IMG/VR virus record: IMGVR_UViG_3300047357_001465
DNA: 59,024 bases
Origin: an uncultured virus (IMG/VR IMGVR_UViG_3300047357_001465)
Taxonomy: Duplodnaviria > Heunggongvirae > Uroviricota > Caudoviricetes
Strand: one strand, 5' to 3'
In this document: one piece after another, positions 36,997 to 46,434 of the stretch
Position numbering within the stretch: position 1 is the stretch's first letter
Layout of the letters: each line of letters opens with the position of its first letter
Notes under the pieces: generated by a model
Database searches by the model: none
What the model was told of the DNA's origin: nothing
The model's input: the letters and a program-made list of their open reading frames with translations, nothing else
Made by a program: the position numbers and the translations under genes

Positions 36997-37400
36997 AGAC
37001 CGCAGGTAAGATTAAGCATAAGCTCCGACAAGTTCGCCATAGGCTATTGCAGAAAGCGATACGGACGGGCTTGAGTAAGAAGCCTTGCAACTGTGACCAC
37101 GCGGGTCTAGTTAGAGGGAACTCATCCGAGCCTTTGTTTCATGTGTGCCTCCTTGACTCTGACAAGCCGAGGGAGTGGGAAGGTACGATATGTGATCCTT
37201 CCGTCCCTAACACTTGTCCTTTTTTCAAAACCTTTAGAGAGAAAGATCGGATTATAGAAGAGTTCAATCGCGACTTCGATGCTTTGCTTTCTCAAAAAGA
37301 TATTGGCTCCATAGCCTCTCAGTATCCAGATGTGGCGGCTCTTCTTTGGGTTCTCGCAGGGGAAGAAGATGATAGAAATACTGAAACTGAAGAAAAGTAA
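36993..37400 (+). CDS. Cys-containing hypothetical protein
   Basis: Coupled ORF; PCNC..C..C..CP. Confidence 0.65.
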   Translation: MKTAGKIKHKLRQVRHRLLQKAIRTGLSKKPCNCDHAGLVRGNSSEPLFHVCLLDSDKPREWEGTICDPSVPNTCPFFKTFREKDRIIEEFNRDFDALLSQKDIGSIASQYPDVAALLWVLAGEEDDRNTETEEK

Positions 37401-37797
37401 GACACCACTTGTGTTAGAAGTTGATGTCCCGCCTCTTTGTAGGCCACTTCTGGTAGGCAACCCCTCTAAGGATTCAGTCCTTAGGTGGGTTGAAGCTCCT
37501 TCCAAGAGAGACACCGTTTTAACTTGGGGTCAAGAGTGTCCTGTAGAAGAAACGGTAGCTCGGATGGTCACTATGGTCATAGAGAGAGGTGCTAAAGAAG
37601 GTTGGGGCATAGAACAACCCTCTTTAGCTTCTGCCGTAGAAAGACTTCGCTCTCTTGGGATAACAGAAGTGGAGTCTAAGGAGGGTCTTGTATACCCTAA
37701 AGACCCTTCTTTCTTAGGCTCTGTGATCGTCATAGGCGACCGCTCGTTTCCTGTTCTCCACAATGTGAGAAGAGGATTTTGCGTAGTTAGGTCTTAA
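37369..37797 (+). CDS. hypothetical protein
   Basis: Likely start MIEILK at 37369. Confidence 0.55.
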   Translation: MIEILKLKKSKTPLVLEVDVPPLCRPLLVGNPSKDSVLRWVEAPSKRDTVLTWGQECPVEETVARMVTMVIERGAKEGWGIEQPSLASAVERLRSLGITEVESKEGLVYPKDPSFLGSVIVIGDRSFPVLHNVRRGFCVVRS

Positions 37798-38723
37798 GAG
37801 TTACCGAGCTCTTTCTCGATAGCCGCCTTAACGCCCTTAGTCTCAACACTGATGATAGACTCTAGTACATCAGGCTGGTCGCCGTACATATCAATAGCGA
37901 TCTTTGCCCTCTTAGACCAATGCTTTGAGGTGTCCCACTCGATTCCATTTGGAAGCATCTTGATCTTAGAGTTGTCTTTGCCTACAGGTACGGCACCCTG
38001 TGTAGGGTTTACCTCTCCTTCGATAGCTTGAAGGATCTGTGCATTCTCTAAGGCCTGTTCGTCGATTTCCGAATCTTTTTCGGGAGCTGGGGGAGGGGCA
38101 TCCTCTAGCGAGATATCATCTTCGATGTCAACACTTGCAGTTTTGACATGGGTGACGTGTGCTTCAAGGTTCTCTAACTTCGAGATTTCGGCACTCGCTT
38201 GAGACCCATCAGAGATCACAGTTTTCTGCCTAGAAGAAGTGCTTAACTTGATAGTTGAGAGGGACTCTGCCTCTTGCATCTCAGAGATGCCGTCATTCAT
38301 AGACCCTGCAACTTCTGCACCTGACTTGTTGTCTACTTTGGCGACAGTGATGATGTCTTCGTCTTGATTTTCAATGACGACAGGGAACTTAGACCCCTTC
38401 TTTTTCTCAGGTTCTTTGAGCCTTGTGACGGGACGCTCCTCGTCATAGACATTCTCGACAGCCATTTTCTTCGTTTTAATCTCAGGCTTCGGGGGTTCAG
38501 GCTCAGGCTCTGTGTTTTCTGAAACAATTGAGAGCCAACCACGCTTTACTCCAGCTTTCAGCTCGGGCATTTCAGTCACCTGCCCGCCGAACTTGAGTGA
38601 GAAACCATCGTATTCTACGACATCGCCTTCGTAGATATTCCTCTCAAGCCTGCCCAAGTGGATAACCGAGTTCGCTCTCAGCTTAACAAAAGTGCCTCTT
38701 TTAAAAATGGTATGAGAACTCAT
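37794..38723 (-). CDS. acidic hypothetical protein
   Basis: AAGGAG RBS; folded ends with acidic/Pro linker. Confidence 0.7.
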   Translation of the reverse strand: MSSHTIFKRGTFVKLRANSVIHLGRLERNIYEGDVVEYDGFSLKFGGQVTEMPELKAGVKRGWLSIVSENTEPEPEPPKPEIKTKKMAVENVYDEERPVTRLKEPEKKKGSKFPVVIENQDEDIITVAKVDNKSGAEVAGSMNDGISEMQEAESLSTIKLSTSSRQKTVISDGSQASAEISKLENLEAHVTHVKTASVDIEDDISLEDAPPPAPEKDSEIDEQALENAQILQAIEGEVNPTQGAVPVGKDNSKIKMLPNGIEWDTSKHWSKRAKIAIDMYGDQPDVLESIISVETKGVKAAIEKELGNS

Positions 38724-38725
38724 GA

Positions 38726-38786
38726 GTATTCTCCTTTATGTTGGTTTTAAGTTCTCCTTATTTATACCAACATAAAGGCGAGATAC
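38726..38786 (-). promoter_or_regulatory. RBS-sequestering hairpin enclosing TATAAATA
   Basis: 13-bp perfect IR 38733..38745/38766..38778 covering the SD of 37794..38723. Confidence 0.65.
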
Positions 38787-38797
38787 CATAGTTTTTC

Positions 38798-41700
38798 TTA
38801 AGCACCTACAGTGACGCTAGAGATAAGAGACCAATTCGTCCCATTGTAGATGAAAGTAGCTGATGAGTAATCGTTGCTGAGAGTAATATTGCTACCTGTC
38901 GCGAGAGCGAGGCCGTCCGCAGTGCCTGAAGTTCCATCGTCACTTAATATAAGGTTACCTCCACCACTCTTTTGGATCACCAAGATCGACCCTGTCTCTC
39001 CGCCTGTGATCGTTGAGATGGTATTGTTCGCACCGTCAGGGGTGACCTTATGGTACGACTTCGTGACAGCAAAAGTAATGTCTCCGTTACCAAGAGATAT
39101 TGTCGAGGTATCTAGGACAGCTTGCCCGCCTACAGCCAAATCACTTGAAGTGATCACTCTTTGACCTGCATTAATTGTAAGGGCAGTGGATGCCGAGTTA
39201 CTGCTCGACCCAGACCCGCTCGGAGATGCTGTCTTAAATACAATTGACCCGCCGTCAGCAGAACCCGTACTCAAGCCTCCTGATAAGGTAAGATCTGCAC
39301 CTGTAAGATCCGCCCCTGATGCTTTACCGCCTCTTACCATAGAGGTGTCAATAGGAGCCAGCTCAGAATCTGTTACGGTAATGTTCAGGTCTGTACCTAG
39401 AGAGAGATCTGTACTGATACCGTGAAATACTTTGTAGACTCCATCTTTTGCGTCTGCATCGGTTTCTTCTGGTTGGTAGATCATGCCTGCATATCGAGCG
39501 GCGGCGAGATTATTGCCGTATTTGGAGTACCAACCGAGATCTCTTGTGGCAGAGTCGTTATTTTGACCCAAGTAGATCATGCGGTCAGCTAGTTTGACTG
39601 CCGCACCTGTACCACTGAAGTTACCTGTAACGGTAACATTGCCTGAGATAAGAACACCTTGTGCCGATGAACCTATGAGGGTCGGGTTGTCTTCGATAGC
39701 TATTGTAACTGCACCGTCGGTGTTTGTAACGCCAATCTCATTAGCCGTTCCAAGAATGGAGAGTGCGTTATTTGTCTTCTGGTCAAAGCTGTATGTAGAT
39801 CCCCCTCCCGAGTCTGTAGTTAACGTGTAGAGCACGTCTTCTTCAGTAAGCAGAATCTCAGCGTTGCCGTCTCCCCTATCCGCTTTCCAAGTGTCTGCAG
39901 TCTCATCATAGTGCAATGTCGCATCTGTCGAAGAACCTCTGTTTACAGTGATACCTACGTTTTGTGAAGGAGCTACACCCCCTGCTAGATCACTATTTAA
40001 TGTGATTGTACTTAAGCCATCACTTGTGACATTTACGGAAGTTAATGTCGCCACGCCTGCGGTCAGCGTGCCTGTGGTCGTAAGGTTCTCATTGTCAAAG
40101 CTGATGGTGCCAGAAGCAGAGGTGATCAGCCCACTTGAAATGGAAATCGCACCGCCTGCGTCAGAGTCAGCAATGAGAGTATTTGCCACTTGGACATTAC
40201 CCGCGTTGTTGAACTGCCAAACATTCTCGGACTCATCCCAGAAGAAAACAGCGTCCGTGCCAGCCGAAGGTCTTGATACGGTGATCCCGAAGTCATGTGC
40301 GTCGAGTTCCGCTGTGTCATCCGAGTTGAATGTGATCGCACCCAAGCTAGGGGTGTCAATCTGGATAGCACCTGACGAAGTCTTTACATTACCAGAAGCA
40401 GTGACCGTAGATTCTGTGCTTACCTCACCTGATGTGGCAACGGTGAAGTTAGGGTCTGTTGTGATCGTTCCGCCGACTGTGACCTGAGTCTCAGAGTGGA
40501 GCTTGCCTCCCTTTACGACAAAAGACCCTTCTGAGTCATCCCAATCAAACTGCACGTTTGCTGTCGTATCGTTCACTTTGAAGATAGATACGTCGGCATC
40601 CGCACTGTCTGAGTTCAAGAGGATTGCAACACTATTGGTGGGAGACGCTTTAATATTTAAAGTGTCATCGAGTGTACTTTGACCCGTGACCGTGAGAGTT
40701 GTTCCCACGCTTAGGTCTGAACTCGTCGCGGTACTCTGATTGAGCGTCAAAGACTCGGCGGTAGTGTTTACAGTAACGTAAGCCTCCCCCGCATCACCTT
40801 GCTTAATAACGAAAGCATCGGTGTCATTGTCAGCGAGTTCAACCACAATTCCATCGCCGTCGTTGTCCGACAGCGTATTGATCGCTAAGCCTGTCAAGGT
40901 CGTTACACCTGTGACATTAAGAGTAGAAGCGAGACTCAAGGCACCTGCCGTTGTTAAAGTCGCGGTTGTAGTTCCCGCTGAAGTTGTATCGCCTACGGTT
41001 AAGGCGTTTGCTCCTGCTTTGCCTTGAAGGTGGAGGCCAGAAACAGAGTTAATGTTAAACTCGTCATTGTCCTCATCCCATTCAATCAAGGCATTAGTCT
41101 CAGTGCCTCTTTCAACTGTTATCAGCTTAGCGTCGCTCTCTTCGCCATTTCCTGTAAGGTCTGAGTTGAAGACGATACCGTTAGTGTTCGACTCTACGTT
41201 CACCTCCCCCTGTAGGGTAGTTAGACCACTAAAGGCAGTAGGTTGAGCTAAAGTGATTAGTTCAGATCCCTCGGTGGTGTTGAAGGTCATGTATGAGTCC
41301 GCGTCACCTCCAGCACCGAGATCTTTAATTTCAAGAGCGTTGGCGATGTTGTTCACCAAGTTGATCTTAAAGCTCCCCGTCCCTGTAGAACTTGCTCTCA
41401 AGTCATCGGTTTTAAATTGACCCGTTACGGTGGTGATGCTGTTCGTAGTGTCTACGTTTACAACGTCAGTGCCGTTTGCTTTCTCTACTACTAGGGCGGC
41501 GGTGTTATCTGCTTTTACGTTGACTGTATTAAGTATCGAAGTGACACCTGTATTACTTACGCTAAAGACATCAGCACCAACATTGATTCCTGCATCGGGT
41601 TCGAACACCGCTGTTGTAACAGTGACCTTTGGTGTGGTGGTGTCAATGTTAAAGATCTCACCGTTTGCATCTGTCTCCACCTTCAAAGCATTGGCGGAGG

Positions 41701-44700
41701 TCTTGGTTACGAGAACTTCACCTGTTGTTGAAAGGTTATAATTCGCCCCGTCAACAGTGAATCCGTTAGTGTCAATGGCGATACCACCATTTGCGTTCAC
41801 TACCCCCGCTGAAGTCACGGCATTGGTTGTCGTCAACGTACCTATCTTCAACGCACCCCAAGTAGTTGGTTCAGTGAAGTCCGTCGCGGTACTTGCCGTT
41901 TGAGTGAGACCCATCTTAAAGATAGAGTCGTCTTCATCGAAGAAGAACACCGCATCGTCTTCATCGCTCCCCCTCTCCATGAAGATACCGATGTCTCTGG
42001 TGTTATTAGCCCCAGATCCCGCTCCTTTGTTAAGACGGATCATTGAATCCACTACTTCAAGATCCGTCGAGTTCACTGTGGTGAGAGTTCCGTTCACCGT
42101 GAGGTTGGTGCAAGTTACAGAACCTGTTGTAGTGAGATTCTCATTTGCGAAGTCAATCGTACCTGTAGCAGAAGTGACCTCGCCGTTATTAAAGGTGAAA
42201 TCTGCGATCTGAGTTCCTTCTGCGGTAGCCGTGATCGTAGAGGTGACAGCTAGAGTCCCCCCTACAGAGGTATTCCCACTCGCAGAGGCGACACTGAAGT
42301 TCCCATTAACGTCGAAGTTGCCTACGGAGTGTAGGGCGTTCGAGACTGACCACTCATCCTCAGACTCATCCCATTGGATGTAGGAGTTGGTTGCCGTGCC
42401 TCTCTCCACTTCAATCTTAGCGTCTCTCTCAGTTCCGACTGCGGTAGCATCTGAGTTGAGAAGTACTAAAGCAGATTGATTGTTCGCATCTCCTGCGAGG
42501 TCAGAGGACAAGATGGAAAGTACCCCATTTAGAGAAGTCGCCCCCGAAACATCAAAAGATCCCGACACTGTCGTTGCACCCGTAACATCAAGAGGTCGGT
42601 TTACTTCAACGAGGTCATTCGTACCATCCACAAAAAGAGCTTCTGAAGAGAGAGGTGTCTCAACTCTAAAGTCTGTGGCATTTCCGTTTTCGTTGACCAC
42701 GATGTTCCCACCGTTTAGCCCGATAGCCCCGCTGGTGAAGTTCGCAGTCCCTGCAAAAATCACATCTCTACTGAACGTGATCAGCTCTAAGCCGTCTGTT
42801 GTGTCTACCTTGATATAACTGTTTAGACCTTCTTTAACTTCAAAAGATCCCGCAACATTATCATCCATCGAAACAACAATGGTAGAGCTGTCAGAAGAGA
42901 TCGTATCAAGGGAGATATCACCCACATTAGTGATATCTCCCTCCGCGACGCTGAGAGAAGCAACGGTAACAGAACCTGTTGTAGTGAGATTCTCATTTGC
43001 GAAGTCAATCGTACCTGTAGCAGAAGTAACCTCGCCGTTATTAAAGGTGAAATCTGCGATCTGAGTTCCCTCTGCGGTAGCCGTGATCGTAGAGGTGACA
43101 GTGAGTGTGCCTCCGATCTGAGTATTACCTGACGTGTCCGCTACAGAGAAGTTATCAGCAGTGATTCCCCCATTCGCGGTAAGAAGACCATCGACCGTCA
43201 CGGCATCCTCTGCTTGAAGAGTTCCGCTGATGGTTGTATTACCTGACGTATCCGCTACAGTGAAATTATCGGCAGAGATCCCCCCGCTCGCAGTAAGAAG
43301 ACCGTCAACAGTAAGAGTGCCTCCGACCTGAGTATTACCTGACGTATCCGCTACAGAGAAGTTATCAGCAGTGATCCCTGCGTTTGCAGTAAGAAGGCCA
43401 TCGACCGTCACAGTCGCTGAAGCATTGACCGCATCTGAGAAGGTAGTCTCCTTACCGAATGTGATCAGCTCTGAACCGTCTGTTGTGTCTGCCTTGATAT
43501 AACTGTTTAGACCTTCTTTAACTTCAAAAGATCCCGCAACATTGTCATCCATCGAAACAACAATGGTAGAGCTGTCAGAAGAGATCGTGTCGAGAGAGAT
43601 GTCACCTACATTAGTGATATTCCCGTCAGAGACGTTGAGAGAAGCAACGGTAACAGAACCTGTAGTAGTGAGACTTTCATTGCTGAAGTCAATCGTACCT
43701 GTTGCAGAAGTGATCTCGCCGTTATTAAAGGTGAAATCTGCAATCCGAGATCCCTCTGCGGTAGCCGTGACTGTAGAGGTGACAGTAAGAGTGCCTCCGA
43801 TTTGGGTATTACCCGTAGCATCCGCTACAGAGAAGTTATCAGCAGTGATCCCTGCATTCGCGGTAAGAAGGCCGTCTACGGTCAGGGCGGAGTCGTAAGA
43901 TACGTCACCCGTAAAGGTAGCTGTGTCAAAGGCCACCTCCTTACCGAATGTGATCAGCTCTGAACCGTCTGTCGTATCTACCTTGATATAACTGTTTAGA
44001 CCTTCTTTAACTTCAAAAGATCCCGCAACATTGTCATCCATCGAAACAACAACAGTAGAGCTGTCAGAAGAGATCGTATCAAGGGAGATGTCACCTACAT
44101 TAGTGATATTCCCGTCAGAGACGTTGAGTGAGGTCAGAGTCCCAGCTCCCCCAGACAGGGTTCCTATTGTGGTGAGGTTCTCATTACTGAAGTCAATCGT
44201 ACCTGTAGCAGAAGTGACCTCGCCGTTATTAAAGGTGAAATCTGCGATCTGAGTTCCTTCTGCGGTAGCTGTGATCGCACCTACGACAGTAGTCGCACCA
44301 GATGCCGCCGTGATCGTAAAGTTTCCGTTGACATCGAAGTCCCCCGTTACGTTCATGGTGCCAGAAGTGCTCACATTGCCTGATGTGTCTGCTACGGTGA
44401 ACACCCCGCCATCGGCGGTGATCCCACCATTTGCGGTAAGGAGACCAGATAGTGTTGCCGTATTGATCGAGGCATTACCTGTAGAGGTAACATCTGTGGA
44501 GCTCAAGTTTCCTGTTGTAGAAACATTCTCATTACCAAAGTCAATGCCCGCTCCATTTGTGGATGCCTCTATGGTAGTACCCGAGAAAGTAATACCTGCG
44601 AGCCTATGTCCGTCACTGTCGGAGGTGACTACACCCGCATTACTGACACTGAAGTTTGAAGCCCCGTCAACAGCACCTTGGGTGATTGCCCCAACTACGT

Positions 44701-46384
44701 TTATGCCCTCTGACACTGAGAAGTAAGTAGAGCTTTCATCCCAAGATAGGGTTGCGTAGGAGACGCCTCTATCTACTCTCAGGAGAGTCTCGTCTTGTGC
44801 GTCTGCTTCATCGTGCCTGAAGGTAATTCCGTTCGTGGAGCTATCCGAAATGTAGAGGTTTCGGGTAACAACAAGGTCTTGACCTACAGTGAAGTCTGTA
44901 GAAGCACTAGCATTATTAGAGAGAGCCCAAGTGCTAGTGCCATTGTCCCATTGGATTGTGGCATAAGAGGGTGCGTTACTGAGAGCAACTGCAATAGATG
45001 CGTTTGCTGGGGTGTTATCCGTGGTGGCATCAGAGTTCAATATAATCTGATGAGTCGCTCCCTTCTCGACAGAGAGGGTTGAGTTGGAGCTTACGGTAGC
45101 TCCACTCGTTAACGTAACCTCGCCACCGACAGTCAACGTCCCTGTGGTAGAGAGGTTATTGTCGTTAAAAGAGAGGTCATTGTTAGCGTTTGTTGTCTGG
45201 ATTTGACCATCCGTGAGCTCTATGTCTCCTACTGTTGAAGCAGAGGCTAAAGTAGAGATCCCTGTAACATCTAGCGTCCCTGCAATTGAGGTGTCACCTG
45301 TTGTGTCGGCGACGGTGAACTTATTAGTGTCTACTGCAAGGCCCGCGTTCGCGTTAAGTAAGCTTGAGAATGTGGCGATACCTGTGACTGCCAAAGTTGT
45401 GGCCACCTGAACCGTACCTGTAGTCTCTAAACTTTTTAGTTTGAGGTCAGAGTAATCGGTAGGGTTGAAATTTGTATCTCCGCCCGTGGCTCCGTTGGGA
45501 GCTTGTGCGAGTTTAAAAACCTGATCGGTGTTGTCGAAGATAAATAGTTGATCTCCTTCAGCACCAGGGTTGGTGATAAATAGGCCAATGTCGTTTGCTA
45601 CGTCCCCATTGTTGAGGATCATAACGGGGTCTTGGACAGTAACTTGATCTGTATTGACAGTAGTTGTAGTTCCGTTAACTGTCAGGTTGCCTGTCACAGT
45701 AAGATCGTTGCTTACCGTGAGGTCGTTTGAAACCGTCACGTCATTCGGGAGTCCGATAGTTACAATCGAACCGTTGGCATTATCCCCGTCAGCGGTTACG
45801 GCAACTGTAGTCTCAGAGTTTGTTGCGGTGAAAGTGAGGGTCTGTCCGAGAGGCAGATTATCGGTGTTAGCTCCATCTGAGATTGTGATCGTAGAGTTAG
45901 CTAACTTCGAGTTGGTTACTTGACCGTCTTCTATGTTTGGGGTCTGGATTGCATCTGTGGTGAGGGAAGCGACACCTGTTGCAGAGATTGTCAGGTCTCC
46001 AGAGATAGCTACGTTCTCCCACCTTGAATCATTGTCGTTATCGTAGATAAGGACATGGGCTTCCCCAACACCTGCAATATTTACATCTGTGAGGTCTCCA
46101 ACTTGGATGCCACCACCTGAGTCAACATACGCCTTAGTCGCTACGTCTTGTGCATTCGTAGGGTCTGCCACATCTACGATCTTTTGACCATTGAAATCAA
46201 CATCGGCAGAAGGGGCTATGTTAGAGAGAGTAGGAAGGGCTGTCTCAGTCCCTCCTGCGGTAGCCCCGTCGTGAACCCGAATTGTGTTCTTCGTGGTGTC
46301 TACGGTGATCTCACCGACAGCACCTGTGAAAGCATTATTCTCAGCAGTTGTTCCCCTGCGTAATTGTACTCTGCGGACTGACAT
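38798..46384 (-). CDS. very long tail fibre/adhesin-like protein (2528 aa) with Mtd-N-like head
   Basis: VQLRRGTTAENNAFTGAVGEITVDT..HDG; PTNAQDVATKAYVD; G/T/D-rich beta repeats (GNLTVNGTTTTVN). Confidence 0.8.
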   Translation of the reverse strand: MSVRRVQLRRGTTAENNAFTGAVGEITVDTTKNTIRVHDGATAGGTETALPTLSNIAPSADVDFNGQKIVDVADPTNAQDVATKAYVDSGGGIQVGDLTDVNIAGVGEAHVLIYDNDNDSRWENVAISGDLTISATGVASLTTDAIQTPNIEDGQVTNSKLANSTITISDGANTDNLPLGQTLTFTATNSETTVAVTADGDNANGSIVTIGLPNDVTVSNDLTVSNDLTVTGNLTVNGTTTTVNTDQVTVQDPVMILNNGDVANDIGLFITNPGAEGDQLFIFDNTDQVFKLAQAPNGATGGDTNFNPTDYSDLKLKSLETTGTVQVATTLAVTGIATFSSLLNANAGLAVDTNKFTVADTTGDTSIAGTLDVTGISTLASASTVGDIELTDGQIQTTNANNDLSFNDNNLSTTGTLTVGGEVTLTSGATVSSNSTLSVEKGATHQIILNSDATTDNTPANASIAVALSNAPSYATIQWDNGTSTWALSNNASASTDFTVGQDLVVTRNLYISDSSTNGITFRHDEADAQDETLLRVDRGVSYATLSWDESSTYFSVSEGINVVGAITQGAVDGASNFSVSNAGVVTSDSDGHRLAGITFSGTTIEASTNGAGIDFGNENVSTTGNLSSTDVTSTGNASINTATLSGLLTANGGITADGGVFTVADTSGNVSTSGTMNVTGDFDVNGNFTITAASGATTVVGAITATAEGTQIADFTFNNGEVTSATGTIDFSNENLTTIGTLSGGAGTLTSLNVSDGNITNVGDISLDTISSDSSTVVVSMDDNVAGSFEVKEGLNSYIKVDTTDGSELITFGKEVAFDTATFTGDVSYDSALTVDGLLTANAGITADNFSVADATGNTQIGGTLTVTSTVTATAEGSRIADFTFNNGEITSATGTIDFSNESLTTTGSVTVASLNVSDGNITNVGDISLDTISSDSSTIVVSMDDNVAGSFEVKEGLNSYIKADTTDGSELITFGKETTFSDAVNASATVTVDGLLTANAGITADNFSVADTSGNTQVGGTLTVDGLLTASGGISADNFTVADTSGNTTISGTLQAEDAVTVDGLLTANGGITADNFSVADTSGNTQIGGTLTVTSTITATAEGTQIADFTFNNGEVTSATGTIDFANENLTTTGSVTVASLSVAEGDITNVGDISLDTISSDSSTIVVSMDDNVAGSFEVKEGLNSYIKVDTTDGLELITFSRDVIFAGTANFTSGAIGLNGGNIVVNENGNATDFRVETPLSSEALFVDGTNDLVEVNRPLDVTGATTVSGSFDVSGATSLNGVLSILSSDLAGDANNQSALVLLNSDATAVGTERDAKIEVERGTATNSYIQWDESEDEWSVSNALHSVGNFDVNGNFSVASASGNTSVGGTLAVTSTITATAEGTQIADFTFNNGEVTSATGTIDFANENLTTTGSVTCTNLTVNGTLTTVNSTDLEVVDSMIRLNKGAGSGANNTRDIGIFMERGSDEDDAVFFFDEDDSIFKMGLTQTASTATDFTEPTTWGALKIGTLTTTNAVTSAGVVNANGGIAIDTNGFTVDGANYNLSTTGEVLVTKTSANALKVETDANGEIFNIDTTTPKVTVTTAVFEPDAGINVGADVFSVSNTGVTSILNTVNVKADNTAALVVEKANGTDVVNVDTTNSITTVTGQFKTDDLRASSTGTGSFKINLVNNIANALEIKDLGAGGDADSYMTFNTTEGSELITLAQPTAFSGLTTLQGEVNVESNTNGIVFNSDLTGNGEESDAKLITVERGTETNALIEWDEDNDEFNINSVSGLHLQGKAGANALTVGDTTSAGTTTATLTTAGALSLASTLNVTGVTTLTGLAINTLSDNDGDGIVVELADNDTDAFVIKQGDAGEAYVTVNTTAESLTLNQSTATSSDLSVGTTLTVTGQSTLDDTLNIKASPTNSVAILLNSDSADADVSIFKVNDTTANVQFDWDDSEGSFVVKGGKLHSETQVTVGGTITTDPNFTVATSGEVSTESTVTASGNVKTSSGAIQIDTPSLGAITFNSDDTAELDAHDFGITVSRPSAGTDAVFFWDESENVWQFNNAGNVQVANTLIADSDAGGAISISSGLITSASGTISFDNENLTTTGTLTAGVATLTSVNVTSDGLSTITLNSDLAGGVAPSQNVGITVNRGSSTDATLHYDETADTWKADRGDGNAEILLTEEDVLYTLTTDSGGGSTYSFDQKTNNALSILGTANEIGVTNTDGAVTIAIEDNPTLIGSSAQGVLISGNVTVTGNFSGTGAAVKLADRMIYLGQNNDSATRDLGWYSKYGNNLAAARYAGMIYQPEETDADAKDGVYKVFHGISTDLSLGTDLNITVTDSELAPIDTSMVRGGKASGADLTGADLTLSGGLSTGSADGGSIVFKTASPSGSGSSSNSASTALTINAGQRVITSSDLAVGGQAVLDTSTISLGNGDITFAVTKSYHKVTPDGANNTISTITGGETGSILVIQKSGGGNLILSDDGTSGTADGLALATGSNITLSNDYSSATFIYNGTNWSLISSVTVGA

Positions 46385-46434
46385 GGAATTTACTCCTTCT
46401 GATATTTTTGTAGTCGATATATATACAAGAGTTA

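Noticed and set aside
38798..46384. Diversity-generating retroelement suggested by the Mtd-N-like head
   Set aside because: No reverse transcriptase or adenine-specific TR/VR pair seen; the repeats are in-frame coding duplications
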